NCBI GenBank assembly: GCA_051883075.1
Contig: JBJETA010000005.1
Location: 8,126-72,125, forward strand
DNA: 64,000 nucleotides
Source: Anaerovoracaceae bacterium
GTDB lineage: Bacteria > Bacillota > Clostridia > Peptostreptococcales > Anaerovoracaceae
Direction of reading: 5' to 3'
The translations under genes and the position numbers were made by a program. Positions 47,638 through 59,832 of the stretch are shown in pieces (position 1 is the first letter of the stretch; the number at the start of each line of letters is the position of its first letter). Under the pieces are notes generated by a model. That model saw nothing but the letters and a program-made list of their open reading frames with translations. It did no database searches and was not told where the DNA came from.

Positions 47638-50136
47638 TTACTCTGTTTTCATTTCAATCTGTGAAGACTCTTCTTCTTTATTTTCTGCTTCTTCTTCCTC
47701 ACGTTCTTCATCGGTCTTTATAACCTTTGCCATAGCGATAATGTTTGCGTTGTCGTCAACTCTCATGATTTTAACACCCTGAGTAGCCCTGCCGAGTCTC
47801 GAAACCTCGCTTGCCTTTATTCTTATGATGATTCCGTCTGAGTTTATAAGCATGATTTCATCGTCTTCGTTTACAACCATGGCACCGATCAGTTCACCTG
47901 TCTTCTTAAACTTTGCCTTGTCATAAGTAAGAAGTCCCTTTCCTCCTCTTACCTGAACCTTGTAGTCTTCAACAGGAGTTCTCTTTCCGTAGCCGTTCTT
48001 TGTTACAACAAGAAGCTCTTCATTTTCTTCAACAAGCTCCATGGATACAACTTCGTCATCGCCTTCAAGCTTGATTGCTCTTACGCCGCCTGCGATTCTT
48101 CCCATACTTCTGACATCCTCTTCCGAGAAGCAGATGCACTTTCCGTTTTTGGTAACGATGATAACTTTGTTTGTACCTGTTGTCTGCTTTATGCCGATTA
48201 ACTCATCTCCGTCCTTCAGGTTGATAGCTATCAGACCTGTCTTTCTGTTTGTATTGAACTGTGAAAGCGGAGTTTTCTTAATAGTTCCGTGCTTTGTTAC
48301 AGCTATCAGGAACTGATCCTCAGCAAATTCCTTGATAGGAATGATAGCTGTGATCCTTTCCCTCTGCATCAGGCTCAGGAAGTTGACAGCAGGCATACCC
48401 TTTGCGGTACGGCTTGCTTCCGGTATTTCATAAGCCCTCAGCTTATGTGCTTTACCTGTATTTGTAAAGAACATAAGGGTATCGTGGGTTGAGGTCATTA
48501 TCAGATCCTTAACAAAGTCATTTTCCCTCGTTGTCAGACCTGTTATTCCTTTTCCGCCTCTCTTCTGAGTCTTATATGATGAAAGCGGCATTCTCTTCAG
48601 ATAACCAAGGTGGGTTAAAGTAATTGCAACAGTTTCTTCTTCAATCAGATCCTCTTCTTCAAGTTCGGAAACATCAGCAACAATCTTGGTCCTTCTTTCA
48701 TCTCCCCACTTGTCCTTTATTTCAAGAAGCTCATCCTTTACAACACCCATAAGCTTCTTTTCATCTTCAAGAAGGCTGTTGTAATATGCAATCTTCTTCA
48801 TCAGTTCGTTATATTCGTTTTCAATCTTTTCTCTTTCCAGACCCTGCAGACGTCTCAGCTGCATATCTAAGATAGCCTGTGCCTGTATTTCCGAAAGACC
48901 GAAACGTTCCATCAGTTTTTCTTTTGCATCACTGTAGCTTGCTCTGATGATTTTGATGATTTCATCTATGTTGTCAAGAGCTATTCTTAAGCCCTCCAAG
49001 ATATGAGCCCTTGCTTCAGCCTTTTTCTTATCAAATATAGTTCTTCTTGTTACGACTTCCTTCTGGTGCTTCAGATATTCGTCAAGAATTTCATAAAGTG
49101 ATAATGTCCTAGGCTGTCCGTTTACAAGCGCAATCATAATCATACTGAAGCTTTCCTGAAGCTGGGTATGCTTATAAAGCCTGTTTAAAGTAATCTGAGG
49201 GTTTGCATCTCTCTTCAGTTCGATTACTATTCTCATACCCTCACGGTTTGATTCATCTCGTATATCGGATATGCCGTCCAGCTTCTTTTCTTTTACAAGC
49301 TCTGCAATTTTTTCTATTAATCTTGCCTTGTTTACCTGATAAGGGATTTCAGTAACAACAATCTGCTGTCTTCCCTTGCTTGTTTCTTCTATTTCGGTAG
49401 TTGCTCTTACAAGCACCTTGCCCTGACCTGTTCTGTATGCTTCCTTTGCACTGTTTTTACCCATAATGGTTGCGCCTGTAGGGAAGTCAGGTCCTTTTAC
49501 AATCTTTACAAGATCATCTATAGTAGCATCTTCATGGTCAATCATATATACGGAAGCATCTATTACTTCACCCAGATTATGTGGCGGAATAGATGTTGCC
49601 ATACCTACCGCAATACCGTTTGAACCGTTTACAAGCAGGTTCGGAAATCTTGACGGAAGAACGATAGGTTCTTTTTCTTCACCATCGAAGTTAGGCATGA
49701 AATCAACAGTATCTTTGTCAATATCGCGCAGCATCTGAAGCGCAAACGGGGTCATTCTCGCTTCTGTATAACGCATGGCAGCCGCACCGTCTCCATCCAC
49801 TGAACCAAAGTTGCCGTGGCCATCTACCAGCAGATATCTGATTGAGAAATCCTGCGCAAGTCTTACCATAGCCTCATAGATAGAGCTGTCACCGTGAGGG
49901 TGATATTTACCCATTACTTCGCCGACTATACGTGCCGATTTCTTATGAGGTTTGTCAGGTGTAACTCCAAGCTCACTCATACCGTACAGGATTCTTCTGT
50001 GTACCGGCTTAAGTCCGTCTCTTACATCAGGAAGAGCTCTTCCTACGATAACACTCATGGAGTAGTCTATATAGGAGTTTTTCATTTCATCATGAATCTC
50101 ATGCTGTATAAGCTTTGAATCTTCGATTAAATTCAT
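47638..50136 (-). CDS. gyrA: DNA gyrase subunit A
   Basis: The active-site region AAMRYTE and a QRDR-like segment ([14 protein letters not shown]). C-terminal beta-pinwheel repeats and an acidic tail. Confidence 0.97.
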   Translation of the reverse strand: MNLIEDSKLIQHEIHDEMKNSYIDYSMSVIVGRALPDVRDGLKPVHRRILYGMSELGVTPDKPHKKSARIVGEVMGKYHPHGDSSIYEAMVRLAQDFSIRYLLVDGHGNFGSVDGDGAAAMRYTEARMTPFALQMLRDIDKDTVDFMPNFDGEEKEPIVLPSRFPNLLVNGSNGIAVGMATSIPPHNLGEVIDASVYMIDHEDATIDDLVKIVKGPDFPTGATIMGKNSAKEAYRTGQGKVLVRATTEIEETSKGRQQIVVTEIPYQVNKARLIEKIAELVKEKKLDGISDIRDESNREGMRIVIELKRDANPQITLNRLYKHTQLQESFSMIMIALVNGQPRTLSLYEILDEYLKHQKEVVTRRTIFDKKKAEARAHILEGLRIALDNIDEIIKIIRASYSDAKEKLMERFGLSEIQAQAILDMQLRRLQGLEREKIENEYNELMKKIAYYNSLLEDEKKLMGVVKDELLEIKDKWGDERRTKIVADVSELEEEDLIEEETVAITLTHLGYLKRMPLSSYKTQKRGGKGITGLTTRENDFVKDLIMTSTHDTLMFFTNTGKAHKLRAYEIPEASRTAKGMPAVNFLSLMQRERITAIIPIKEFAEDQFLIAVTKHGTIKKTPLSQFNTNRKTGLIAINLKDGDELIGIKQTTGTNKVIIVTKNGKCICFSEEDVRSMGRIAGGVRAIKLEGDDEVVSMELVEENEELLVVTKNGYGKRTPVEDYKVQVRGGKGLLTYDKAKFKKTGELIGAMVVNEDDEIMLINSDGIIIRIKASEVSRLGRATQGVKIMRVDDNANIIAMAKVIKTDEEREEEEAENKEEESSQIEMKTE

Positions 50137-50158
50137 CTTTATGTTTTCCTCCTATCTT

Positions 50159-52126
<1,968 letters not shown>

Positions 52127-52241
52127 TCAATATTAGATAAACTGTGAATGATTATTTTCAGCATTTCACAACTATCATATTATACATTAAATTTTGCGTT
52201 TTTACAATATTTTTGCGTTTTAGAGTTTTTTATTAAAATTC

Positions 52242-52277
52242 ATCAAAAAACGCCTTAAATCGAAAATTTAGGGCGTT
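52242..52277 (-). terminator. Intrinsic terminator of the LysR-family gene
   Basis: On the minus strand, AACGCCCTAAAT-tttcg-ATTTAAGGCGTT is followed by TTTTTTGATG. Confidence 0.75.
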
Positions 52278-52321
52278 TAATTAAGATTTTATTTCAAGGT
52301 TGTTATTCAATTATATATTTT

Positions 52322-53209
52322 TCAGCTTTTATTATAACTTTCTTTAGCGATTGAAATTAATCTCTTTGTTTTATTACTATTATCATCCATATGCCATGCC
52401 GCCCCATAAGATACAACATCATCAGTTTCCAACGGAACAATATTTAAAGATTCATCTGCACTATAAATAAAATCAGGCATGATTGCAATTCCTAGTCCGC
52501 ATTTTGCCAATGTGCATCCGCTAAGCTGATTGTCTGAAAAAATTATAGGTGATAAAGGACAAGCCGTAATAATTTTCTTTTCCATTTGTTTCATTTCTTC
52601 AGGACAAAGAGTTGGATTAAGAAGAACCATTGTTTGTCCATTTAAGTCATCAAAAGTAATTTTATCTTTATTACTTAATTTATTCTTATTGGGAACAACA
52701 CATATAAAGTGTCCAACATATAATTCCTGATACTTTGCATTTAAAATATCTATAGTATTATTTTGAATAGTAAATAAAAAATCTACTTTTTTCTCAAAAA
52801 ATAACGTATTTTTTTGTTTAAAATCTATCATTTTCAATTCAATTTTTGTATTTGGATATTCACACATAAATTTTTCAATAATGCCAGCAAGATATCGTAT
52901 TGCCAAATCATTATTCTCATAAGCAATTACATATTTAGAATCATATTTTTCTGCATATTTGCGTGCCTTGGCAATTCCTTGATTTATTGAAATAACTACC
53001 TCTTTCATATCTTCATAAAAAGACGCACCTGCACCTGTAAGTTCCACATTTCTTTTATTTCTCTTAAAAAGTTGAAATCCTAATTCATTTTCTAATTGTT
53101 TTATTTTATTACTTATTGTTGGCTGTGTAAGAAACATTCTCTGTGCCGTAATTGAAAAATTCAACGTTTCTGCTAGATCAATAAAGCATTCCAACTGTTT
53201 TATATCCAT
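52322..53209 (-). CDS. LysR family transcriptional regulator
   Basis: N-terminal wHTH (LECFIDLAETLNFSITAQRMFLTQPTISNKIKQLENELG) and a substrate-binding domain. It is divergent from the NmrA-like gene. Confidence 0.9.
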   Translation of the reverse strand: MDIKQLECFIDLAETLNFSITAQRMFLTQPTISNKIKQLENELGFQLFKRNKRNVELTGAGASFYEDMKEVVISINQGIAKARKYAEKYDSKYVIAYENNDLAIRYLAGIIEKFMCEYPNTKIELKMIDFKQKNTLFFEKKVDFLFTIQNNTIDILNAKYQELYVGHFICVVPNKNKLSNKDKITFDDLNGQTMVLLNPTLCPEEMKQMEKKIITACPLSPIIFSDNQLSGCTLAKCGLGIAIMPDFIYSADESLNIVPLETDDVVSYGAAWHMDDNSNKTKRLISIAKESYNKS

Positions 53210-53346
53210 TTAATTTCTTCCTTCTTATAAAATTTGTGAATATATTATATCATATTTCTATTTCACTTTTATTTTTATTATCGTTAAAATTAAAACAAGT
53301 TAGCTAACAAAAAATTATAAATATTAAAAATATTATGGAGGGTTTT

Positions 53347-54306
53347 ATGAAATATATTGTAACAGGCTGTGATGGCCAGCTTGGCGGAAGAGTTGCAAAT
53401 AATATGCTTAATGAAGTATCTGGCGAAAATCTTATTTTTACATGTCCTTTCTTAGACCGCTTATCAAAAGAAAAAAGAGAATATTGGGAGTCAAAAGGAG
53501 TTAGTGTTCGTCAGGCAAATTATGATGATATCAATGAAATGGTAGAAGCATTTAAAGGTGGAGATAGAATTTACTTTGTTTCCAGTATAATAAATGGACC
53601 TCATAGAGTAGAACAGCATAAAAATGTAATTGATGCCTGTAAAAAGGCAGGTGTAAGCCATATTACATATACTTCTTTTTTCGGTGCTAATCGTGAAGGA
53701 TACCATCAATATGTGTTAGAAGATCATAAACCAACTGAGGCTTATCTAAAAGCTTCAGGAGTAGAATATAACATTATGCGAAATAATCTTTATATGGAAA
53801 ATTATCTTACAGTTTCAGTTATTTTAGCAATGTTAAGTAATAATGTATGGGGTACAAATGCTCGTGAAGGTAAAGCCACATATATAGCTAAAGATGATAG
53901 TGCTGCTTGTGCTACAGCGCTTCTTTTAGGCAAAGGAGAACCTAATAAAGATTATGATCTGACAAGTTTAACTCCAATTAGTCAAAGAGAAATTTGTGAA
54001 ATGATTTCAAAAAAATCAGGTATCGATTTTAAATTTGTTCCAATGGATGATGATGAATTTCGTTTGTATTTAGAAGCTTTGCACATTCCAACAACAACAG
54101 ATGGAGATAAATCTCTTTCACCTGTACCTTTCTGCACATTGGATATGGTTACAAATGAAGGAGGTATTGCAAGCGGTCAAATGGGCGTTGTTTCTCATGA
54201 TGTTGAAAAACTTATTGGAAGAAAACCATTAGAAATTACTGATCTTTTAGATAAATACAGTTATGTATGGGAAGAAAAGCTTACAAGTTTAAGGCAGCTT
54301 CGATAA
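53347..54306 (+). CDS. NmrA-like / atypical SDR NAD(P)-binding protein
   Basis: N-terminal Rossmann motif VTGCDGQLGGRV. The length and layout are typical of NmrA/QOR2-like reductases. The start is set at ATG 53347 after GGAGGG. Confidence 0.75.
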   Translation: MKYIVTGCDGQLGGRVANNMLNEVSGENLIFTCPFLDRLSKEKREYWESKGVSVRQANYDDINEMVEAFKGGDRIYFVSSIINGPHRVEQHKNVIDACKKAGVSHITYTSFFGANREGYHQYVLEDHKPTEAYLKASGVEYNIMRNNLYMENYLTVSVILAMLSNNVWGTNAREGKATYIAKDDSAACATALLLGKGEPNKDYDLTSLTPISQREICEMISKKSGIDFKFVPMDDDEFRLYLEALHIPTTTDGDKSLSPVPFCTLDMVTNEGGIASGQMGVVSHDVEKLIGRKPLEITDLLDKYSYVWEEKLTSLRQLR

Positions 54307-54326
54307 AATTACCGGGAGAATTATTT

Positions 54327-54773
54327 ATGATTGAAAAAAAATATTATAGTATCATTGTAAATTTTTGGTTTTCTCTTTTTAATGGAATTTCCGTATCTGC
54401 CACTATGATTTATTTAAAAACAGGGATGCTTATTATATTTCCATTGATTATTTCTTCTTTAGAAGCATTCGTTATCAGCTTTATTACAGGGTTAGTTATA
54501 CCTGCCGCACCTTTTGGAGCAATGATAGCAGGAAACAAACTTAATTTTAAACCTGGAAGTTTTAAATATATTCTAATTTCCAACATTCCAGTATGTTTCA
54601 CAATGGCATTCATTTTATCACTTGCTTTTGCTATAATTAATGTTGGATTAAAAAATGAATTTATTACAGAATGGTTTAGCAGTATACCAATTGCATTTAT
54701 TGCCTCATATATCACGTCAGTTCTGCTAACTCCTTTAGTTTTAAAACTTTCAGATTTATTAGTAAAAAAGTAA
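54327..54773 (+). CDS. Small polytopic membrane protein (DUF2798-like)
   Basis: Four hydrophobic helices in two similar halves. The start is set at ATG 54327 after GGGAGA. The family assignment is tentative. Confidence 0.5.
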   Translation: MIEKKYYSIIVNFWFSLFNGISVSATMIYLKTGMLIIFPLIISSLEAFVISFITGLVIPAAPFGAMIAGNKLNFKPGSFKYILISNIPVCFTMAFILSLAFAIINVGLKNEFITEWFSSIPIAFIASYITSVLLTPLVLKLSDLLVKK

Positions 54774-54840
54774 ATATTTTTATTAATAATAAGCCATAAG
54801 ATTTTCTCTCTAATAAAATTTGTAAATGTACTCTTAAATA

Positions 54841-54874
54841 AAATACCCGGTTTTGTTAACAAAACCGGGTATTT
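54841..54874. terminator. Bidirectional hairpin between the DUF2798-like gene and recF
   Basis: Perfect palindrome AAATACCCGGTTTTGTT / AACAAAACCGGGTATTT flanked by A/T runs. Confidence 0.75.
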
Positions 54875-54883
54875 TATTTACAT

Positions 54884-55975
54884 TTAAACTTCAATTTTTC
54901 CATTACTAACAAAAAAAGTTTTTCCCTGTGGAAGAGTCTGCTTCACTCTTTCCGACAGTTCGGCAGATGTTATAAAAAGCTGTATGTCCGAAAGTGAGTT
55001 AATCAGATAGTTCTGCCTTTCCTCATCAAGTTCAGATAAAACATCGTCTAAAAGCAATATACAATCCTCATCTGTTTCTTCTTTTATGAGCATGATTTCC
55101 GCAAGTTTCAGAGAAAGCGCCGCTGTTCTCTGCTGGCCCTGGGAACCGTATTTTCTTATATCTATACCGTTTACTGTTATTTTTAAATCATCACGGTGTA
55201 TTCCTGAAGTTGTAGTTCTTCTTGTCAGATCTTTTTCTATATTTGATTTTATTTTTTCATCAAATATTTCCTTCTGCTCATCAAGAGTTTTCATAACGGG
55301 AATATTTGCTTCATACTGAATCTGAAGCTTTTCTTTGCCATTTGTTATACCGCTGTGTATTTCCCTGCTTATCCTGTTCAGCTTTTTTATAAACTCATCT
55401 CTTTGCAAAATAATTCTTGAGCCGTATTCAACCAGTTCGGCATCCCATACTTCAAGCAGTGACATCTTTGGAGAAAGCTCTTTAAGCATGGCATTTCTCT
55501 GCAGCAAAACCTTTTTATATCTCGTAAGATTGTTGAAATATACAGGTTTTATCTGACTAAGCTCCCTGTCTACAAATCTTCTTCTTTTTTCCGGTTCTTC
55601 TTTTACTATCTTTAAATCTTCAGGTGAAAAAACAACTATATAAACATGCTCAAGAAGCTCTGAAATCTTTTTTATTTTTCTTCCGTTCAGTTTAACCGCC
55701 TTGCTTTCTTTGCTTACGGCCATTTCCACGGATATTTCCTCATTTTTCTTTTCAGCTTCAACCTTTATTCTGAAAAATTTACTTCCGAATCTTATCATCT
55801 CAGTATCATTTGAGGTCCGGAAAGATTTTCCGAGAGAAGACAGATATATTGCTTCTATCAGATTTGTTTTTCCCTGGGCATTGTTTCCAAGCACCAGATT
55901 TACATTTGGATGAAAATCAATATTAAGTTTTTCATAGTTTCTGAAATCCTGAAGTTCCAAACTTTTTATATACAT
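54884..55975 (-). CDS. recF: DNA replication and repair protein RecF
   Basis: The LELQDFRNYE N-terminus, Walker A GNNAQGKTN, the signature SQGQQRT, and Walker B LLLDDVLSELD. Confidence 0.95.
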   Translation of the reverse strand: MYIKSLELQDFRNYEKLNIDFHPNVNLVLGNNAQGKTNLIEAIYLSSLGKSFRTSNDTEMIRFGSKFFRIKVEAEKKNEEISVEMAVSKESKAVKLNGRKIKKISELLEHVYIVVFSPEDLKIVKEEPEKRRRFVDRELSQIKPVYFNNLTRYKKVLLQRNAMLKELSPKMSLLEVWDAELVEYGSRIILQRDEFIKKLNRISREIHSGITNGKEKLQIQYEANIPVMKTLDEQKEIFDEKIKSNIEKDLTRRTTTSGIHRDDLKITVNGIDIRKYGSQGQQRTAALSLKLAEIMLIKEETDEDCILLLDDVLSELDEERQNYLINSLSDIQLFITSAELSERVKQTLPQGKTFFVSNGKIEV

Positions 55976-55977
55976 TT

Positions 55978-57084
55978 TTAATTTCCAGACAAACGAACAG
56001 GAAGAATCAGATAAACAAACTGATTTCCCTCAATTGGTTTCACCAGACAAGGACTAACACTGCTGTTAAGTTCAAGTCTTATACTTTCATCATCTATAAC
56101 CTTCAAAACATCAATCATGTATTTTGAATTAAAGCCTATATCAAGACCGGGACCCTCTGTTGAAATCATGACATTTTCAAGAACATTACCTTCTTCTGAA
56201 CGTGATGTTATGTTCATATTGTTTTCACTTATTGAAAGCTTTACAAGGTTATTTTTTCCTTCTTTTGCGAAAAGTGAAGCTCTTTCAATACTTTCAAGAA
56301 GATCCCCCCTGTTTATTATGACAGTTGTCTGGCTTTCCTTCGGGATAATGTCCTTATATTTGATAAATTCGCCTTCCATCAGCCTTAACACAATTCTTGT
56401 TCCTTCCAGAACAAGAACAGCTTTTTTACTGTCGAGTATAAAGCCTACTTCTTCGTCATCGACTTCTGATATGATTTTGCTTATTTCTCCAAGTATTTTA
56501 GAATTTATTATTATTTTCTTTTCTTCGGAATTTTTCATTTCTTCTCTTGCAACAGCCATTCTGAAGCCGTCAAGAGCTACCATGTTCATGGTATTTTCTT
56601 CAAGTTCAAGAAGAACACCGACAATTACTCCCTTTGATTCATCCAAGCTTGCTGCAAATGATGTTTTTCCTATCATTTCCTTGAAAATCTCCCTGTTAAG
56701 CACAAGCTTGCTTTTTTCTTCTATGTCTCCAATGTTAGGAAACTCATCTGAAGGGAAGCATACTATATTAAACTGTGAAGATGAACATTCTATGGTTATG
56801 TTATTTTCATCCTGAAGCTCCATAGTTATATCTTCGTTTGGAAGTTTTCTTATGATTTCTCCGAACAGCTTGGCCATAACAACTGTTTCACCTTCTTCTG
56901 ATACATAAGCATCAATCTTTTTTTCTATGCTTAAATCAAGATCTGAAGATGTAAGTACCAGCTGATTGTTTTCCGCTTTCAGTAAAATACCTTTCAGAAT
57001 AGGAATTGTAGTTCTGTTTGTTACAGCTTTTGAAACTGTATTTATAGCTTTAGCTAAAACCTGTTGATTGCATGTAAATTTCAT
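55978..57084 (-). CDS. dnaN: DNA polymerase III subunit beta (sliding clamp)
   Basis: 368 aa with a typical N-terminus (MKFTCNQQVLAKAINTVSKAV..RTTIPILKGILL) and dnaA-dnaN synteny. Confidence 0.95.
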   Translation of the reverse strand: MKFTCNQQVLAKAINTVSKAVTNRTTIPILKGILLKAENNQLVLTSSDLDLSIEKKIDAYVSEEGETVVMAKLFGEIIRKLPNEDITMELQDENNITIECSSSQFNIVCFPSDEFPNIGDIEEKSKLVLNREIFKEMIGKTSFAASLDESKGVIVGVLLELEENTMNMVALDGFRMAVAREEMKNSEEKKIIINSKILGEISKIISEVDDEEVGFILDSKKAVLVLEGTRIVLRLMEGEFIKYKDIIPKESQTTVIINRGDLLESIERASLFAKEGKNNLVKLSISENNMNITSRSEEGNVLENVMISTEGPGLDIGFNSKYMIDVLKVIDDESIRLELNSSVSPCLVKPIEGNQFVYLILPVRLSGN

Positions 57085-57257
57085 ACGCCGGCTCCTTTAT
57101 TCTTTTTAATATATTTATAGTAGTATTAGTAGTAAGGGCTGTGGATTTGTTGAAAACCACTTTGATCGCTTAAAATTCAAACGTTTCTGTCTGTGGATTA
57201 TTTGTTGATAACTTGTTATTTTTTTGAAACACAGATGTGAATTTTTGTGTATAAATT
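57085..57257. other. oriC part 2 (dnaA-dnaN spacer): degenerate DnaA boxes, GC cluster, DnaA-trio-like repeat and AT-rich unwinding region
   Basis: Near-consensus boxes are TGTGGATTT 57140-57148, TGTGGATTA 57192-57200, TGTTGATAA 57203-57211 and TGTGTATAA 57246-57254. TAG TAG TAT TAG TAG TAA (57118-57135) abuts GGGC plus a box, with the AT-rich stretch 57095-57117 alongside. Confidence 0.75.
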
Positions 57258-58649
57258 TTATAGCCTGCATTGATTTATACTTCGTTGTATTGCTTCAACT
57301 GTTTCTTTAACCGATTCATTCATTTTTATCTCTGCAGCAATTTTTTCGCAGCCGTGCATTACCGTGGTATGATCTCTTTTTCCAAAAGCTTCTCCAATCT
57401 TAGGCAGAGAAAGATCTGTCATTTCACGACAGAGATACATAGCTATCTGACGAGGAAATGCAAGAGCTCTTGTTCTCTTTGATGATTCTATGTCAGCAAC
57501 TTTTATATCAAAGTGTTTGCACACATATTTTTTTATTACTTCAGAATTTATGATTACATCAGTATTCGAGATAATGTCCTTTAATACTTCCTTTGCAAGG
57601 GAAATATTTATAGGTCTGTTCATCAGGTTTGAAAAAGTTATTACTCTTGTAAATGCACCTTCAAGTTCTCTGATGTTTGATTTAATCTTTCCTGCTATCA
57701 GAGCTATGACTTCCATAAGATTGTCATCTACGGCAATGTTTTCAAGCTCAGCCTTTTTTATAAGTATTGCAACTCTGTTCTCATAATCGGCAGGCTGTAT
57801 GTCTGCTATCATGTTCCACTGGAATCTTGATCTTAATCTTTCCTCAATATTTAAAAGCTTTGCCGGAGGTCTGTCACTTGATATGATAATCTGCTTATTT
57901 GATTCGTACAGCGTGTTGAAGGTATGGAAAAATTCTTCCTGTGTACTGTCCTTTCCTTCAATAAACTGTATATCGTCTATAAGCAGAACATCTATGTTTC
58001 TGTATTTGTTCCTGAATTCAATGGTTTTTCTGTCACTTATGGCTTTGATAAGCTCATTTGTAAACATTTCAGATGAAACATACAAAACCTTCAGCTGCGG
58101 ATAATTTACTAGTATGTATTGTCCTATGGCATGCATAAGATGTGTTTTTCCAAGTCCGGAGCCTCCGTATAGGAAAAGAGGATTGTATGAATCTGATGGA
58201 TTTGCAGCAATACATGAAGGTGATTCTGCAACTGCAAGTGAAGCTGCATGTGCGTACATGTTGTTGCTTCCTACTACGAACGAATCAAAGTTGTATCTTG
58301 GATTGAAATAGTATTCATCGGGAAAACGCTTTACAAATGAATCGTCATACTGATCTGTTTTTTTGTTATGCTTTTTTGGCACTGATCTTTCAGCTATATC
58401 ATTGTCTGTTATTTCAATTTTATATTCTTTTCCAAATGCTACTGCTACGGCATTTTTCAGAACAGGTAAATATCTTCCTGTAAGAAGTCCTAAAGCCATT
58501 GGATTTGTGTGCTTCAGATAAAGTATATTGTTTTCTTCATCTATTTTTAAAGGTGATATCGGTAAAAACCATGTTTTATAACTTACCTCAGTAAGGTCAG
58601 GTTCTAAAAGCTCCAGGGTTTTTTCCCATTTTTCTTTAAGATTGTCCAT
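57258..58649 (-). CDS. dnaA: Chromosomal replication initiator protein DnaA
   Basis: AAA+ Walker A GGSGLGKTHL, Walker B LLIDDIQF, and a domain IV DnaA signature (FGKRDHTTVMH). ATG 58649 is preferred. The ORF track start at 58673 has no RBS. Confidence 0.95.
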   Translation of the reverse strand: MDNLKEKWEKTLELLEPDLTEVSYKTWFLPISPLKIDEENNILYLKHTNPMALGLLTGRYLPVLKNAVAVAFGKEYKIEITDNDIAERSVPKKHNKKTDQYDDSFVKRFPDEYYFNPRYNFDSFVVGSNNMYAHAASLAVAESPSCIAANPSDSYNPLFLYGGSGLGKTHLMHAIGQYILVNYPQLKVLYVSSEMFTNELIKAISDRKTIEFRNKYRNIDVLLIDDIQFIEGKDSTQEEFFHTFNTLYESNKQIIISSDRPPAKLLNIEERLRSRFQWNMIADIQPADYENRVAILIKKAELENIAVDDNLMEVIALIAGKIKSNIRELEGAFTRVITFSNLMNRPINISLAKEVLKDIISNTDVIINSEVIKKYVCKHFDIKVADIESSKRTRALAFPRQIAMYLCREMTDLSLPKIGEAFGKRDHTTVMHGCEKIAAEIKMNESVKETVEAIQRSINQCRL

Positions 58650-58673
58650 TTTTTTTACATCCTTATTTATCAT

Positions 58674-58924
58674 ATAAAATTTCGTATGAATTTAAAAAAA
58701 TTATATCAACATAAATATAATATCAAGTAAGTTATCCACAGGCAATAGGCAAAAAAATTTACTTTAATAGTTTTATATAATAAAGTTATCCACATATAGT
58801 GGATAAAATTGTGCATACTTTCAACTTTTTTAACTATATATAGTTTTTTTGAAAAGTTTCTCTATGTAAAATTAAAAAATATATTTTTTTAAAGCCATAT
58901 ATCTTTGTAAAAAAAATTAAAACA
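58674..58924. other. oriC part 1 (upstream of dnaA): DnaA boxes and AT-rich tract
   Basis: Perfect TTATCCACA at 58731-58739 and 58785-58793, plus AGTGGATAA at 58797-58805. The sequence at 58840-58920 is extremely AT-rich. Coding strand polarity switches here. Confidence 0.8.
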
Positions 58925-58953
58925 TTGACATTGAAAAATGCAGATTGTATAAT
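58925..58953 (+). promoter_or_regulatory. Consensus sigma-A promoter of rpmH-rnpA operon
   Basis: TTGACA (58925-58930), 17-nt spacer, TATAAT (58948-58953). Confidence 0.7.
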
Positions 58954-59059
58954 GATATGGCATGTAAATCGAGTGTAAGATTTCATGTATGTTTAAAGGT
59001 GCGTTGAAATTTAGATGCACCCAACCGAATTATTTAATTAAGCAAGGAGGTGTTTAAAG

Positions 59060-59194
59060 ATGAAGCAGACTTATCAGCCAAAGAAGAGACAGAGATCCAA
59101 GGAACATGGATTCAGAAAAAGAATGAGCACAAAGAACGGTAGAAATGTATTGAAGAGAAGAAGAGCAAGAGGCAGAAAGAAGCTGACAGCATAG
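59060..59194 (+). CDS. rpmH: 50S ribosomal protein L34
   Basis: Translates to [44 protein letters not shown], with a GGAGG RBS. It is absent from the ORF track because it is under 60 aa. Confidence 0.95.
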   Translation: MKQTYQPKKRQRSKEHGFRKRMSTKNGRNVLKRRRARGRKKLTA

Positions 59195-59221
59195 AGACCG
59201 CAGATGTGGTCTTTTTGTTTT
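59195..59221 (+). terminator. Hairpin/partial terminator between rpmH and rnpA
   Basis: AGACC (59195-59199) / GGTCT (59208-59212) followed by TTTTGTTTT. Confidence 0.6.
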
Positions 59222-59255
59222 AAAAGACTTCGTATAAACTCTTGTAGGTGATGTA

Positions 59256-59597
59256 ATGCTTAGGAAAAATGTATTACGCAGGCAAAAAGATTTTTCTGCT
59301 ATTTACAAAAACGGCAAATCCTTTGGAGGAAAATATTTGGTTCTTTTTTGCAGAAAAAATGGACTTAAATATAATCGTTTAGGGTATTTGGCAAGTAAAA
59401 AAGTAGGAAACAGCGTAGTAAGAAACAGAGCAAGAAGACTGATGAGAGAAAGCTACAGACAGACGGAAAGTAAACTGCAGCAGGGTTATGATTTAATATT
59501 TATAGCAAGAAACGGTATACAGAAGGTTAAGTGTAACGATGTATGCAGATGTATGCGCTCTCTTTTTAAAAAAGCCGGAATGTTTAAAGATAGTTAA
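59256..59597 (+). CDS. rnpA: Ribonuclease P protein component
   Basis: Basic 113-aa protein with an RNR-type motif ([18 protein letters not shown]) following rpmH. Confidence 0.9.
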   Translation: MLRKNVLRRQKDFSAIYKNGKSFGGKYLVLFCRKNGLKYNRLGYLASKKVGNSVVRNRARRLMRESYRQTESKLQQGYDLIFIARNGIQKVKCNDVCRCMRSLFKKAGMFKDS

Positions 59598-59610
59598 GAA
59601 GGTGTGCTAT

Positions 59611-59820
59611 TTGAAGAAAATAGTTATTGGACTTGTTAGGGGATACCAGAAATTTATATCTCCTTTATTTCCGCCAACCTGCCGGTTTTACCCGACATGT
59701 TCATCATATTTTATACAGGCAGTTGAAAAGTATGGTGTTATAAAGGGAAGTTTTCTTGGAATTAAAAGGATTTTAAAATGTCATCCCTTTAATCCGGGAG
59801 GATATGATCCTTTAAAGTAG
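59611..59820 (+). CDS. yidD: Membrane protein insertion efficiency factor YidD
   Basis: [22 protein letters not shown] and [14 protein letters not shown] 59611 is the likely start, about 7 nt after AAGAAGGTG. GTG 59602 is an alternative. The ORF track start overlaps rnpA. Confidence 0.85.
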   Translation: MKKIVIGLVRGYQKFISPLFPPTCRFYPTCSSYFIQAVEKYGVIKGSFLGIKRILKCHPFNPGGYDPLK

Positions 59821-59832
59821 CGGAGGAAATTA

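Noticed and set aside
53299-53308. A shared TTAGCTAA core between the LysR-region palindrome (53299-53308) and the aroF-proximal palindrome (3947-3960), considered as a common operator.
   Set aside because: A palindromic 8-mer is expected about once per 64 kb by chance, and the flanking bases differ. That is not enough to link the two sites.
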